A stretch of 57,436 bases of DNA, counting the filler, from Bipalium vagum (taxonomy: Eukaryota): assembly GCA_037834085.1 (NCBI GenBank). It is 3 parts of 3 records of this genome, joined end to end, with 100 filler letters (N's around TTAATTAATTAA, not from the genome) between each part and the next. Parts side by side here need not be neighbours in the genome. Positions count along the whole stretch, not along the records: positions 39,874 to 57,436 come from JBBMKC010055738.1; 2 more parts are not named here. One strand, given 5' to 3'. The notes below the pieces were generated by a model. The model did not search any database and was not told where the DNA came from. It was given only the letters and a program-made list of their open reading frames with translations. A program made the translations under genes and the position numbers. Of this stretch, positions 39,874 through 52,836 are shown one piece after another (position 1 is the first letter of the stretch; each line of letters starts with the position of its first letter).

Positions 39874-41499
39874 ATAAATTTTGTATTCATTTAATAAAAG
39901 GCGTATATTCGAAAAATAAATTTATATTGTTCACAAGATTAAGAATTATATTTAATATTATTATTTAATTTTATTTATATTTTTCAAGCTATATAATAAA
40001 ATTGTCCAGCTTCATCAAATTAAATAAATAATATTTTATTAAAGTATAATGAAGTTAATCAGTACATGAGGAATTTTAATTTTAAATCCTTTTATATTTA
40101 TAATGTATTGGTTTATTGATATTAGAATTTTTAAAAATCAATCTCTCTTAAAAATTTAATTAATTGTTTTTTTCTTAAATTTTAAGTATTACATAATTTA
40201 ATTAATGTATTTGTTAATGTATTATAAAATTTAATAACTTAAAAGAATAATTTTAATAAATTATTAATGTTAAAATTTAAAAGGATTTCCTAAAATTTAT
40301 AATGACTCATTAAAAATCACGTGATTTGATAAAACCTGTTTGAATATAATACATTTTACTTAATAAATTATAATAAAAATATTTTCCCTTATGGATTACA
40401 AACCAGTGATCTTAAATAAAAAAGGAAAATGGTTCGAATTTTTTAAAAATTCAATTGAAATTAAAATATTATTTTTTATTTAGAAAAAATTAATTATGCC
40501 AATAATTTCTGTCAATAAAAAAGAAAATATCAATAGAACCATCATATTTTTAGCTTTAGTAAAAATTTGAGAAATATTTCCCCAGCACAAATGGGACTTG
40601 GGGAATGTTTGGAAAAAGACTGAGAACTTTGGATTGTATTAAAACAAATATTCAATTAAACTCCAATTTATTTTCGCAAGAGTCTGGACCACTTTCAGCA
40701 GAAAAACAGTTAATGATCTCATAAAATTAATTCACAGATTAAATTTTCTGCGACATTTCATGATGGAAATTATTATCGATTTATCTCCTCCAATTTCTCC
40801 ATAAAATTTTTCTGATTTCGTCGAATAAATTTTTATATTTCTGCCCCCTCCCCCTCTATTTTATTGCCTTTTACCAAGTAATTGTAAATTTGTGTTTAAT
40901 ACTGTTTTAAAATTTTTATTTTTTTAATTTTTTATATTTACTTTTTTTTTAATATTTATTAACGAAATTATTTTTAAAATAATGCTTATCATCACACATC
41001 TTTCAAGTTTCTTTAATAAGAAGCAGAGAAATACTTATAGAAAAAAGACATTTGTTTTACTTGATAAAAAAAGAAAAATAATAATACTTTGAAAATAATT
41101 TTTAAATCCCTGTTTTTTTTAAAAAGTTGTGAAATTCCATACATGGGATCCGGAGACCCCTCGTCTTCTGTCATTGTCTCAAAATCGGTTCTGTGATGAA
41201 ATCGGTAATTCTTGCAGAATGTTGCAAGAATTAATTTAAACAAAATTATCATTATAATTTTATCAACGTTGAGACTGATTTCTTTTCTTTCACCTAACTC
41301 TGTTATACCTGCTTACTTTGGTGAATTTTAAAAAGATATGTTCTACGGTTAAAATATTTGGTAAAGCTAAAACGAACTTAGACTTTACCAGAAATATTGA
41401 ACATACTTAAATAATCTTTTGCACGTTATATAATAATCAATATAAGTATGAAATATACGATTAATTATCTTATCTTTGTGATAAGTTATCTTTGTGACT

Positions 41500-41790
41500 T
41501 AAAATGAGAGGTTCATCCTCTAGAACTGTTTTCCCAATTAACGTAAAGCTGAAAATGTTTACCCAAGACCAAGCTCACGTCAATGGAAAATTACATAGAC
41601 TACGTGGTCTCAAGTGAATCTGATCCATAACAAAATTGGAAAAGGCTTTAAAGAATTACCGGACAGAAACATTTTGATGGACCACAACTTGAACCAAAAT
41701 ATAAAATATTCAAAAGTTTTATTAATTAAGAAAATTCTTCTCCAACCTCAGGGACGTTTATTTTAAGTTGACGATACAATTTACTCTAAG
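41500..41790 (+). mobile_element. Possible Helitron helicase C-terminal relic
   Basis: MFTQDQAHV resembles VFTHGQxYV and NQNIKYSKVL resembles TxNIVYKEVL; heavily decayed. Confidence 0.3.
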
Positions 41791-42610
41791 TAGTTATTAT
41801 TATTATTATTATTATTTGTGTTTATTACTTTTATTTTCATTATTTTGATTTTATTATTATGCTCTTATTAATATTATTACTATAATTATATTATTTTTTA
41901 TTTCTATTATTAGTTATATTCTTATAATTCTTTTTATTTTTATTACTTTAAATTTTTTTACTATTTTTATTTTTATTATTAATTTTTTTTATTTTTATTT
42001 TATCTTTTTAATATTATTTTCAGCATTTTTATTGATTTTTTATTTTTATCAAATAATTTTATTTTTATTAATAAAAATAGAATTAATTTTTTTATTAATA
42101 TTACTTTATTATAATAATAACTATTATTAGTTTCATTATTATAATATTTTCAATTTATATTATTAATTTTATTTTTACTTCTTTTATTATTATGATTTAA
42201 TTTTTATTATCATATTAATATTATTACTATAAAAATAATGTAAATTATTTTTAGTTTTTTAATTGCTATTTCTATTATTAATAATATTTCTATAATTAAT
42301 TATATTTTCGTTATTAATTATATTTTTATTATTAATTAACTTTTCATTATTTTTATTTTTATTATTATTATTTTATTTTTTTTATTATTTTGATTTATAT
42401 ATTACCCTTTAATTAATATTATTACTATTATTTTTACTATTTTGTATTTTTATCAGTAACTATTTTTATTAATTATTTTAATATTTAATATTTATTTTTA
42501 TCAAATTTATAATGATTTTATTATTTTTCTCTAATTATTATTGATTTTAATAATATTTTTTTTATTTTTGTTTTATATTGTCATTATTATTATTATTAAA
42601 TTTTTTTTAT
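41790..42610. repeat. Low-complexity TTA-rich tract
   Basis: About 800 nt of degenerate (TTA/TTTA)n, nearly devoid of G and C. Confidence 0.85.
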
Positions 42611-43384
42611 TTCTGCTTCATAAAGGAAAACTTAATTAACTTTTTTAGACAAATTAATGAGCGGATTAAAATTAATCAAACTTGTAAAATTTAATTATTC
42701 TTTATAATATTTTTGTATTATTAATCAAATGGAAAAGGCTTTATTTTATTCACATTTGATACCTTTCAGTGTTGTAACGTAACGTTTTTTTAACTAATTA
42801 ATTAATATGTAATAAATTGCAATTAATAATTAATTAATTATTTTATATTTTTCGTCAATTATCAGATAGAAAAGCAGCCTATTAAGGGAAATTGATTAAA
42901 AACTGTTACAAACAATAATAATTAATCTAATCGGAGCTTGGCCCCTGATATCTTCTCATGGTACATTTTCCAGCTGAAATGGAATTTCCTCTTCACAGTT
43001 TCCCTGGAACGAATTGTCTCCTAATTCCATCCGATAAACCTCCAAAGTCATCCAATGTCAGCTGGATCAGTTAATTATAAAATAAAATGAAAACCCATTA
43101 ATTAGTATCATTACAGTCGTTCTGTCGTAACTCGAAAGAGCGAGACCAGAGAAAGAGAGGGAGAGAGAGATGGAGAGAACGAGAGGTATTTAGTAACATA
43201 AATGGGAAAATATTAAATAATAATTAAAAAGTTTCTGAATTTCCCAGCCCCCTCCCCACTCCCGCTCCCCCTCCCCCATCTCCCTCCCTCCCCTTCATCA
43301 CCATAGTTGAGCTGCAGAAATTGCGCGAACAATATTTCCGTAAATGATAATCCAAAACAAATTAAATAAAAATCTTCAATAAAT

Positions 43385-43656
43385 GTCTAGCTCAGTGGAT
43401 TAGAGCTGATCAGTGCGAGTACTGACTGTCATCCTTAACCAGTGATACAGAGTTCCCCCTAATCCTGGTGGAGCTGTAATTACTTTCTCCGACTCAATCA
43501 GTGTCGTTTCAAGACCAAAATCAGTTTCGAATTTTTCTCAAAAAACCAAAAACAATCAGCTTGCCTCTTCACAAAGGGATAAAGATGCGCACTGATGACA
43601 ACTGGGATTGGAGAAGGCCCGCGTTGGCAATTCCCAACAGTAATCTTGTATGTATA
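43385..43656 (+). mobile_element. tRNA-derived SINE-like repeat
   Basis: TAGCTCAGTGGATTAGAGC (pol III A-box / tRNA D-arm) at 43388 with only degenerate B-box candidates. The 3' motif GCAATTCCCAACAGTAATCT recurs inverted (18/20) at 9586-9604. Confidence 0.5.
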
Positions 43657-44689
43657 TATTTGTGATATCACCATTATCCCAAGATGAGCTGGAAGCTGGG
43701 AAATGGAATTAATGCAACCATTCCTTCGTCAAGGCAATTAGAAAGTAATTTTAATTCCTCATCCCAATCAATATCCACTGGTGTTGAATCTGGCTAAATG
43801 GGTTTGAAAAAACTGTTTGATTTCGTTTCAAAAATATTCCGGGCTCTCGTTTTATTTATTTATTTTATATTTCTTTTTCATAATTAATTTATTTATGTCA
43901 CAGTCCAACGAGAATGTTTCGTTTTCTAATTAACGTCGTGATAAAATAATATTATTATGAGGCCGGCTTTTGTTTTAATAAAAGAAGACATTTTTATTTG
44001 ATAACGCTTAATCAAAATATTTTCCACTTACAGATATGAAATTGGACCATCCTTTGGGCAACGAATGGATGCCACGAAAAACAAATTCTGGTTCTTTTGA
44101 AGAGATTCAGCCATCAATCCAATTTTGAAGATTTTGATCGGAACTGAACCGTTTTCCGAAAAGCGCCGCTTGTATCGAGCGGCACAAATGAGAATCCGAA
44201 GGAGCAATATCTGGTGAATATGGCGGATAATGTTAGACTTCCCAGTTTGCACCTTCTAAGTGATTGTTTACAATTGAATGAACATGCACAAAAAAATCGC
44301 AAGAAATCAAATCAGGAAAGTGCGGTGATTATGAAGGCCACAGATAATATTGTAATTTTTAAAATAACAATTATTCAAAATTTAATTAAAAGTATTTATT
44401 TTAATGGTTACATAGATTAATATTTTAAAATAGTTTATCTGTAATATTGATTAAAATTATTAATTTTTCGTCAATGAAACTATCAATTAGTATAATAATT
44501 ATTTTCATAGATTAAAAATTTTATAAATTCTGTATTTTCAAAAAGGATTTTATGAAGATGAAATAAATAATGAACTCAAAATTAATTTTATATCTTAAAT
44601 TATTTGTAAATTCTAAAACACCAATTTCACATTTAATTTTTTTCAATAGTTTGAATTATATGTTCTTTTAAGATGCTTCTGAAAATATT

Positions 44690-45763
44690 TATTACAATCA
44701 TCGCAAATTATAAATCATTTCACAAGTTGCTTTTATCTTTCATTATATTCGCCATTTGCTAGGATTCAAAAGTTTATTACATTAAAATTTGAGGGCAAAT
44801 GAAATTAATTTTTTAATGTTTTCTTAATAAATAGCTTTCATTTATTGTCATGCAGCAAAATTGAAATATTTCTGTTGACAATTGCTGGATGCAAAACTTT
44901 TAATTTTTGATGCATACGTTCCAATTGATTGCAATATACATCTGGTGTTATTGATTCACCGTTTTTAGGAATTCGTAATGAATGAAACCCGTCTGATACC
45001 ACCAAACTGATATCAAAATTTTTTTTGGATGCAAATTTGGTTTTGGAGAACAATTTGGAACAGAATCACGATCTACCCACTGAGATGGACGTTTACGGTT
45101 ATCGTAAAGGATCTATTTTTCATCACATTTAATTATTCTGCGCAAAAATGAATTATTTCTATTTCTTTGAATCAGTTTTGAGCAGATATCATATATCATT
45201 TGTTTTTAATAATCAGTTAATAAATGCGGTATCCACTTATTTAACTTTTTAACCTTGCCAATTTCCTTTAGGTGTTGAGAAAAAGTTGAAATAGATACTG
45301 ATAATTGCTTGGATAAATTTCTTACTATATTCTGTGGGTTTGATTCAATAATTATCTTCAAATCATCATTGTCCACTGAAGTTTTGCACCCACGACCCTC
45401 TGCATCACTGAGATCAGATTTTCCAAGACGAAATTTGGCAAACCACCAATGAGTAGTTGATTCTGCTACATAACCATCTCCGAAAGCTCTGTTTATATTT
45501 CTGGTTCCATCTGCCGCAGAATTTCCAAGTTTAAATTCGTAAAGATATATTGCTCTAATTTGCTGGTTTGTTAACATTTTTAAAACTGTGCCAAAATATG
45601 CTTTAATTTAAAGCAGTAAAACAAATTAATATATCATATGAATCCTTATCATCTAAGCATCGATTTGGAATATCATATGATACCATTCATACGTATTTTA
45701 TATACAATAAAATCATCGAAAGTTGCTTTATATAAAACGCTAATTTATTTCGGAACAACCTAA
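44690..45763 (-). mobile_element. Mariner element, decayed
   Basis: ORFs 45206-45577 (IRAIYLYEFKLG...WWFAKFR...KVKKLNKWIPHLL) and 44838-45053 (SITPDVYCNQL...ILLHDN). 5' TIR TATTAGGTTGTTCCGAAATAAATTAGC. Confidence 0.92.
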
Positions 45764-45885
45764 TAGAATTAATATATTTAAAGATATTTTATGAGAAAAA
45801 AATATTTTAATAATTATGTTAATAAATTATAAAATTAAATCTGAAAATAACCTTTTTTTTTATTTGTATAATAAAATATAATATA

Positions 45886-47304
45886 ATGATGAGCAAATTT
45901 TTTTGCCACCCTTAAAAAACGTTATATTTAAAAATATATTTGCTTTTTAATCAAATAAACTTATGTATATTAAAAATATTAAGTATTCATAAAATTTTCA
46001 AGTTAAATATTTTAACATTTGTTTAAATATTCAATTATTTATTTTATACAAGTTCAAATTTATTGGCCACCATATCGGATTTTAAGTAAATCTTTGATTT
46101 TATAAGAATTCAATATTTTATTTATAAATTATATATTTAGTTATGAAGATTGATGATCAAAAAAACGAAGTTTTATTTTTAAGAGAAGAAGGATGGGCTT
46201 ATTCAAGATTTTCGAAGAAAACAAAATTATCAAAAAATTTTGTTAGGGGTATATGCCGAAAACGAGCAGTAAAGAAGCAAATGAAAAGAGAACCGAAGCC
46301 TAAAATAAATGGAGCCATTAAGTTAGGAATTAAGAGGCAAATATGCAATCTGAAGGACAATGGTGTAAAAGTAAATTGTAAAAAATTTATTAATACCTAT
46401 GATATTCAAGCTTCACGATTTACCGTTGCACGTTACCTTATGACACAAAACATGAACTACAAGAAAATAAGAAAAAGTTTACCACGTAAACCATTAGACA
46501 AGGCTAAACGGTGTGATTTAGCAGAAAATCACCTAAGGGAGAGAACCATTTTTCAAACGAAAAGTGGTTCTCCCTTGATGGGCCAGATGACTGGAGAACT
46601 TACACAAAAAAATCAGAAATCATTTTTCGTCCCAGGCACCAGAAGAAAGGTTGGGGAATTATGGTATGTGGCATGGTTCCCCAAATAGTCTGTTAACTTT
46701 TAGAATATTAAATAGAGACTTCAAAAGTCAGGATTACATAGATTTACTTTGCAAAACTATTGTACCAATTTCTAAATTGAATTATGGGGACAACTTCTGG
46801 TTCCAGCAGGACAATTCCAGAATCTATACGGCAAGGATCGTTCAAAAATGGATGGATATTGCCAACTTCCAAGTATTACCATGGCCTGCTCGATCTCCAG
46901 ACTGGAATATAATGGAAAATGTTTGGAAAATGTGATCTATGACAGGTCACCACTTATGTCTGTAGATGATTTAACGGAAGGAATACGGAAAGCCTTCCAC
47001 TTGATCAATACGACCAAACGAGGAGTTATTAAAAATCTGTATGATACTTTTAGGGGACGTTTAGTGAAAGTAATTGTAAAAAATGGTGATCAAATAAATA
47101 ATTAATTGTGTGTTGCTTTTATTCAAGAGGTGGCCAATAATTATGCACATATGAAAATAAAATTTTGTAAACATCAAATATAAATGTTCAAAACTATAAT
47201 TTAAAAGCGCGGAAAACATTTTTTGATGAAAATACTTAACAGAAAAGTTTTTTAAAATGATAAAAATTGCCTTTTTCAAGGTGGCCAATAAATGTGTTCA
47301 TCAG
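45886..47304 (+). mobile_element. Tc1-family transposon, near full-length, IR/DR-type ends, frameshifted transposase (46143-47105)
   Basis: TA-flanked inverted ends (CTGATGAACACATTTATTGGCCACC-like) with an inner repeat TTATTGGCCACC at ~46060 and ~47130. ORF pieces include an HTH, FWFQQDNSRIY and VLPWPARSPDWNIMENVW. Confidence 0.93.
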
Positions 47305-47917
47305 TATATAAATACAGAAAAAAAATTTGTTATCACAATAAAATAAAATAATTTTATAATATAATTTTTTTAAAAATATATTTCGGGTTCTTATTTTATT
47401 TAATTATTTTATATTTCTTTTTTATTTTCCATTTTTATTTATTTATTTTAGAATGAATGGTTTATTGTCGAATATGCGCGACAATAAAATAATATAATTT
47501 TTTCTTCATTAATGAGAATAATTAAATTAGTGAAAATGGATGGGTTTGATTGGAATGAACCATTATAAATAGAACAAAAAAATCAATATTATTAATAATA
47601 AATATAAAATCATTTAATTTAAAAATAATTACTGTTCATATAACGAGATTTGACATTCCAGTTCCTTCACAAATCGTCAAGCTAAATCAGATTTTAATAT
47701 CTTTAATTAGTCTTTAATTAATTTTAGTTTTATCAAAAAACGATTTTTAAAGTTTTTTTTATTTTTTAACATTATAAATGTCAGAAAATAATACTTAGCA
47801 GCCAAATTCTGGTCTAAGAGGCATGACTTTGAAAAAATAAATTAAACAATATTATAATTAACAGTTGATGAATTTATTATTTTCAGTGTTTTGGAAATTT
47901 ATTAAATTTTTTTCATG

Positions 47918-47919
<2 letters not shown>

Positions 47920-47969
<50 letters not shown>

Positions 47970-47970
47970 T
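47920..47970. repeat. (TTA)n microsatellite
   Basis: Perfect TTA run. Confidence 0.9.
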
Positions 47971-49136
47971 TTATTATTTTATTGTATATGGGAGAATAAT
48001 GAAATCACATTATTAATTATGTAACAAATATTATTTTATTTTATTTTATTTTTTACACAATATTTATATTTTTTTATATATATAATTTTTATTTTATTTA
48101 AAGTGAAAATTAGAATTAAATTAAAATTAAAAATTGATAATAAAATATTAAAAAATATAAGATTAAAATATTTAGGCATTATTAGATATTTTTTAGTTAA
48201 TTTTTATTTTTAATTATTTTTTTATATTTTTAACAATTTTTTATTTTTGTTTTTTAAATTTAATCCTAATATTTAAAATTTAAGATAAAAAAATTATTAT
48301 AAATATTTTTCATTGATTTATTATTATTTATTCTTCATAAAATCATTTATTTAACATATAACATTTAATTAAAATATAATAATATCATTTATTTATCTCT
48401 TATTATTATTATTTAATTATTTTATTTAATTAGTAAATTATTTTGTAATTTTAATTTCTATATATTCTTTTCTTATTTCTTTAATTTATTTATTACTTTT
48501 CTATGGAGAATAATTGATTTTTTATGAGAAAATAATAAAAAACGATTTATAGTAATAATAAAAAAATAATATTTACAATTTCGATATTTCTTTGGAAACC
48601 AAGAAATCAACGAAAACTTTGTTTTAAAAATCGTTCAATATAATGAAAATATGATTTTTGTTTTAATTTCATTTTTACATTAATTCATTTCTTCAATTTA
48701 CACCGTGATGGATATGTTTCAATTAATATAACCACTAATAAAAAATGGTTATATCTCGAAAATTCAATTAATATACCTTGTTATTTAAAACAAATACATA
48801 AAAATTTAAAAAATACAAAAGTTTTCTGCAATGTTAAACGAAATAAATGGATAATATTTCTAAAATTAAAATAAATATATTATATAATATTTAATATAAT
48901 ATTTATTTAATATAATATAATATTTAATTTAATATAATAATTTCAACTTTCATTATTTTTAACAATTTTACGTTATCAAATTATTTTATTTAATTAAATA
49001 TTATTTACCATTGGTAAATGTTAATTATTGATATATTTAAATGACATTAAAAATTTTAATTAAATGATGATCAATTTAAATGTACGACATATTTATAATT
49101 GTGTAATCTATTTAAATTATTTAATTTTTCTTAAAT

Positions 49137-49212
49137 ATAATATAATAATATAATAATATAATAATATAATAATATAATAATATAATAATATAATAATATA
49201 ATAATATAATAA
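49137..49212. repeat. (ATAATAT/A)n AT minisatellite
   Basis: Tandem TATAATAA units. Confidence 0.85.
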
Positions 49213-50251
49213 TTTTTAATAATTAAATATTCTATATGAAGACCTACAATAAATTCCTGCTTAAATAATAATAAAAAATAATTATATTTTTTAACACTTT
49301 AAAAATAGACAAAAAGGATAAAAAGGATAACGGTCATCCTAACACAATGTTCCAGTAAACCTCTGACTCTTCTTTGTAGCTGTACAAATCGCAAAACATT
49401 AAACATTAAAACAATAAATGCGAAGTGATTTATTAAAACAATAATCATTTATTTTTTATAGAAAATTACCAAATTGTAAAAGGATATTTATCAAATGGGC
49501 AATGACCGAATCTTCGCCTAATTATGTAAGCATGGTTATTATCCAAAGGACGCCCTCTGCCTTACCCCATGTTAGGCCGTACTGTTACATATGAATTTTT
49601 CCAGGAGACTTGTTCTTCAAAGCGCAGTGAAGGAGTCAAAGAGAAAGGGAGAACTGTTTTCATTGTATTCGTAAAAGAGTATTAAAAGCAAATGCAGAGA
49701 CAGGCGTAACCTTCATTAGGTTCAACGGCATAGACAATTATAGGGAAACCTATGAAGTCGGCAACCCATCACAAGTATGAGAGATACATCATTTATTATA
49801 TTGTTTAAAAAATAATAGAAAACTTTTTTTTCATTATATCACATAATTGTTTTATTTTATTGATTTTTAATTGTTAAAAGAGAGAACGAAAAGACGGGGT
49901 AACGTTTACTGAGACAAAAACAGATAATGTCTTTAATAATTCTTCCTTGCAAAGGCTTAGTTTCTGACAGACAATTATCGGAGTCATGGAATAAAATATT
50001 ATTTATATATTTGCACCCTGGGAAATCGGAGAATAGTTTTGAACAGTTCCAGACCCAGAAAAGTTTTCTGAAGTTTTCTGCCTTGATAACGTTTGCTCCG
50101 AGGTATGGGGAAAAGGAAAAGAAAAATATTTATAAATTTTAAAATAATTTGTTTTAATTGAATGAAATTTAATCACGTTTGTTACTGAGCTTTGTTACTC
50201 TATTCTACCTTAAGTGTTTGTTTTAAAATTGATTTATTAAATTAGCTTAGT

Positions 50252-51100
50252 TACGTGGTATGATTAAAAAGTCCTTAGACTCTTTGAGAAATACGAAAGA
50301 TACTAAGATGAAATTTTTAATTTACAACAAATGAGCTGTAAAGGTAAACACAAAGAACCATTTTTCTAAACAAGCCCCTTTTACTTTTCCGGCCAATTTG
50401 TTCAACGTTTTTCTGATGAGGAGACCATTTTCGAAGAAATATATATCCATTTCATGGAACAAATCTTACACTACTCATGAAATTCTCGGAGCTCTGATTT
50501 CTGTCCTCGTTAATATTTAGTCAAGTAATTAAAGAAAAATCACAAGGAGCCAAATTAGGACTCTTCTGTGATTATGAAATCAGCGCGAAGCTTTTTTCAA
50601 CGATTATATCCATAGTTCGGTGATTTCTGTGAACAGGAACGTTGGCATGCAACGAATAGATTTCTTGACTCTATGGCTTTCTTCGTAACTTTCTCACAGA
50701 ACATTGCGCAGTATTAGTTTCATTCTATGATATTTGGATTAGATTCGTTCTTGACCACACCATTTGCATCCCACGACATACTAAACATGAGACATTTTTA
50801 ATGATGTGTCTTTGAACGAAGCATTTTTGATGGCTTTTCCATCTAGAAAAACCCATTCAATGCACTCATGTTTGCTGTATTGAACCTAAATACTCAATGA
50901 CGTCTCATCTTCAGTTATAATATTCTACAAAAGATTCAGTCCAAGTGAATGGGTAATGGTAAGATTTTCATAATAAGCTTGCATTTTCTTTCCTCACTTA
51001 CCTGCTGTGAAAAAGGTAGGACGAATTGATTCCATAATTTTTGATTTCAAAGATCTCCAACATGTTCCCTACAGTCTTCCTTAAATTAACTCCAGTAGAA
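50252..51100 (-). mobile_element. Mariner relic
   Basis: TACGTGG-type TIR at ~50252; SPNLAP (YSPDLAP motif) and NIITEDE. Confidence 0.7.
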
Positions 51101-51249
51101 AACTTTCATTTGGTATTCGTAATTCAATAAGTGAGTTGTCGGATATTTGACAAAGACAAACAGACTCTGTTCAGTGTAATGAAGAATATGTTTATTAAGT
51201 CTAATTTATTTAGAAAGCTTCAGTGTGTTAACATTAATAGAACTGTTAA

Positions 51250-51760
51250 ATCCATTTTTGAAACTTTTTGAATTTGTCAAAGACAGTCGCAAACGGTGGT
51301 ATTGTCAACCTCAAATATTTCTGCAAGTTCACGGGTTAATTTTTAAGGATTGAACTCAATAGGGGCTATTAAATGACTGTTATCAATATTTGATATTGGC
51401 CTGAAAAGCACTAGTCTGGAATAGGCCAGACTTCAGAACGGAGTCTTTTGTTCTAATGCTGAGAATATCATTTGCTAATGGAATCTTTGTCGGACCCTTT
51501 GCAAATATATTTTACAGTCTTTGATGCATTTCTCTATTCAAAGTCATTCAATAGAAAGTTAGAATTTATTCCGTTTTCATTGTCTCTTATACCGAGATTT
51601 ATATTATTGAAACAAGCCTAAAATAATAGAAAAAGAGGTTTACCTATCCTAATAATATAAATCAATAATTTTAAAATTATCAATATCAATCGAAATCTTA
51701 ATATATTTTTCCTTTTTAATGTTTATAAGTAGAAAGCAACAATACTTTTCCCTTAACCTA
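51250..51760 (-). mobile_element. Mariner 5' fragment
   Basis: DNSHLIAPIEFNP*KLTRELAEIFEVDN; a TAGGTTAAGGGAAAAG-type end at ~51760. Confidence 0.65.
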
Positions 51761-51852
51761 TTATAAACAAATTCGAAGTCAGGAATTTCGAGACTCTTAA
51801 AAAATGGACTCTTAGAATGATCTTGAAAAATAATTGACTCTTCAATTCTTTA

Positions 51853-52070
51853 TTAGGTTGGCCGGAAATAAATTTCGTTTTTCAACGTTCAAGTTCAAAC
51901 AGTTATAAATAAAGTAAAACGAACATTTATTAATCGAAATAAATACCACTAGCATTAATTCATTTATGCAAAGAGTGGCAAGATTATTTATTCCGGTAGC
52001 ATAATATTCTGGATTTCTGAAGTCGACAGAGTCGTCGAAGGCCTATTGGACATTTATTTCCGGTCAGTCT
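51853..52070 (-). mobile_element. Mariner 3' end
   Basis: TA + TTAGGTTGGCCGGAAATAAATTTCG TIR; SRNPEYYATGINNL C-terminal motif. Confidence 0.75.
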
Positions 52071-52169
52071 AATAATTAATAAATATTATTTATAAATTCA
52101 AAAATGTTATGTTCACTCTTGTTATTTATTATATATATTATTATATATAAGCTGTATTTTTTCATCATT

Positions 52170-52836
52170 TGCTGACAAAAGAAAAAAATCAATTGTTTGA
52201 CCAGGTTTCAACACCTTAAACCAAAGAAATAAGTCACCATTACCCTTCTTGAAGACAATCTTGGCTTTGCAATATTTTATGGAGCTTGGGTCATGACATT
52301 TTTCTCACATTATTATCATATCTTATTTACTTTTCATTCCGGTGATCATATTTTTAGGAAATGTTTCAAGTTCATTTCTTTTCAATAAAGATTGACAAAA
52401 ATGTTGCTGATTAAATTCGTTCCAGATAAACTATGAGGCATCCAAATATTAAGCTTTTCTTGTAATTAAGCTTTTCCAAGTGACTTAAAACACTTTATTG
52501 ACAAATACAGATCCTAATCAATATCATAACTGATTACGTGACAGTCTTGTATATGATTATTTTCATGATTTCGTTGTCTCTATCTGCGATTGGTGGGCCA
52601 GAACGATGTTAATCTTTGCCATCAAAGTTGCTATGGTTAAATTGTGCGAATCACTCCAGCGCTGTTCTTTCTAATGTCACATCAGATCCATTTTTTAACG
52701 CATTTTGCCTCTCAAGAAATAAAATTGTCATGTAAATACAAAAACCATTATACTTGATCTACTCTAAATTTTGAAAAATGCACCTTAAATATTTTTAAAA
52801 AATATACAAATAAAAATGACTTGTCAAACCCTGTAT
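52170..52836 (-). mobile_element. Tc1/mariner relic with TACAGGGT TIR
   Basis: End reads TACAGGGTTTGACAAGTC on the minus strand; internal sequence is strongly decayed. Confidence 0.5.

Noticed and set aside
43388-43460. Possible tRNA gene
   Set aside because: Only the A-box/D-arm is present; there is no T-arm GTTCRA at the proper spacing and no acceptor stem.
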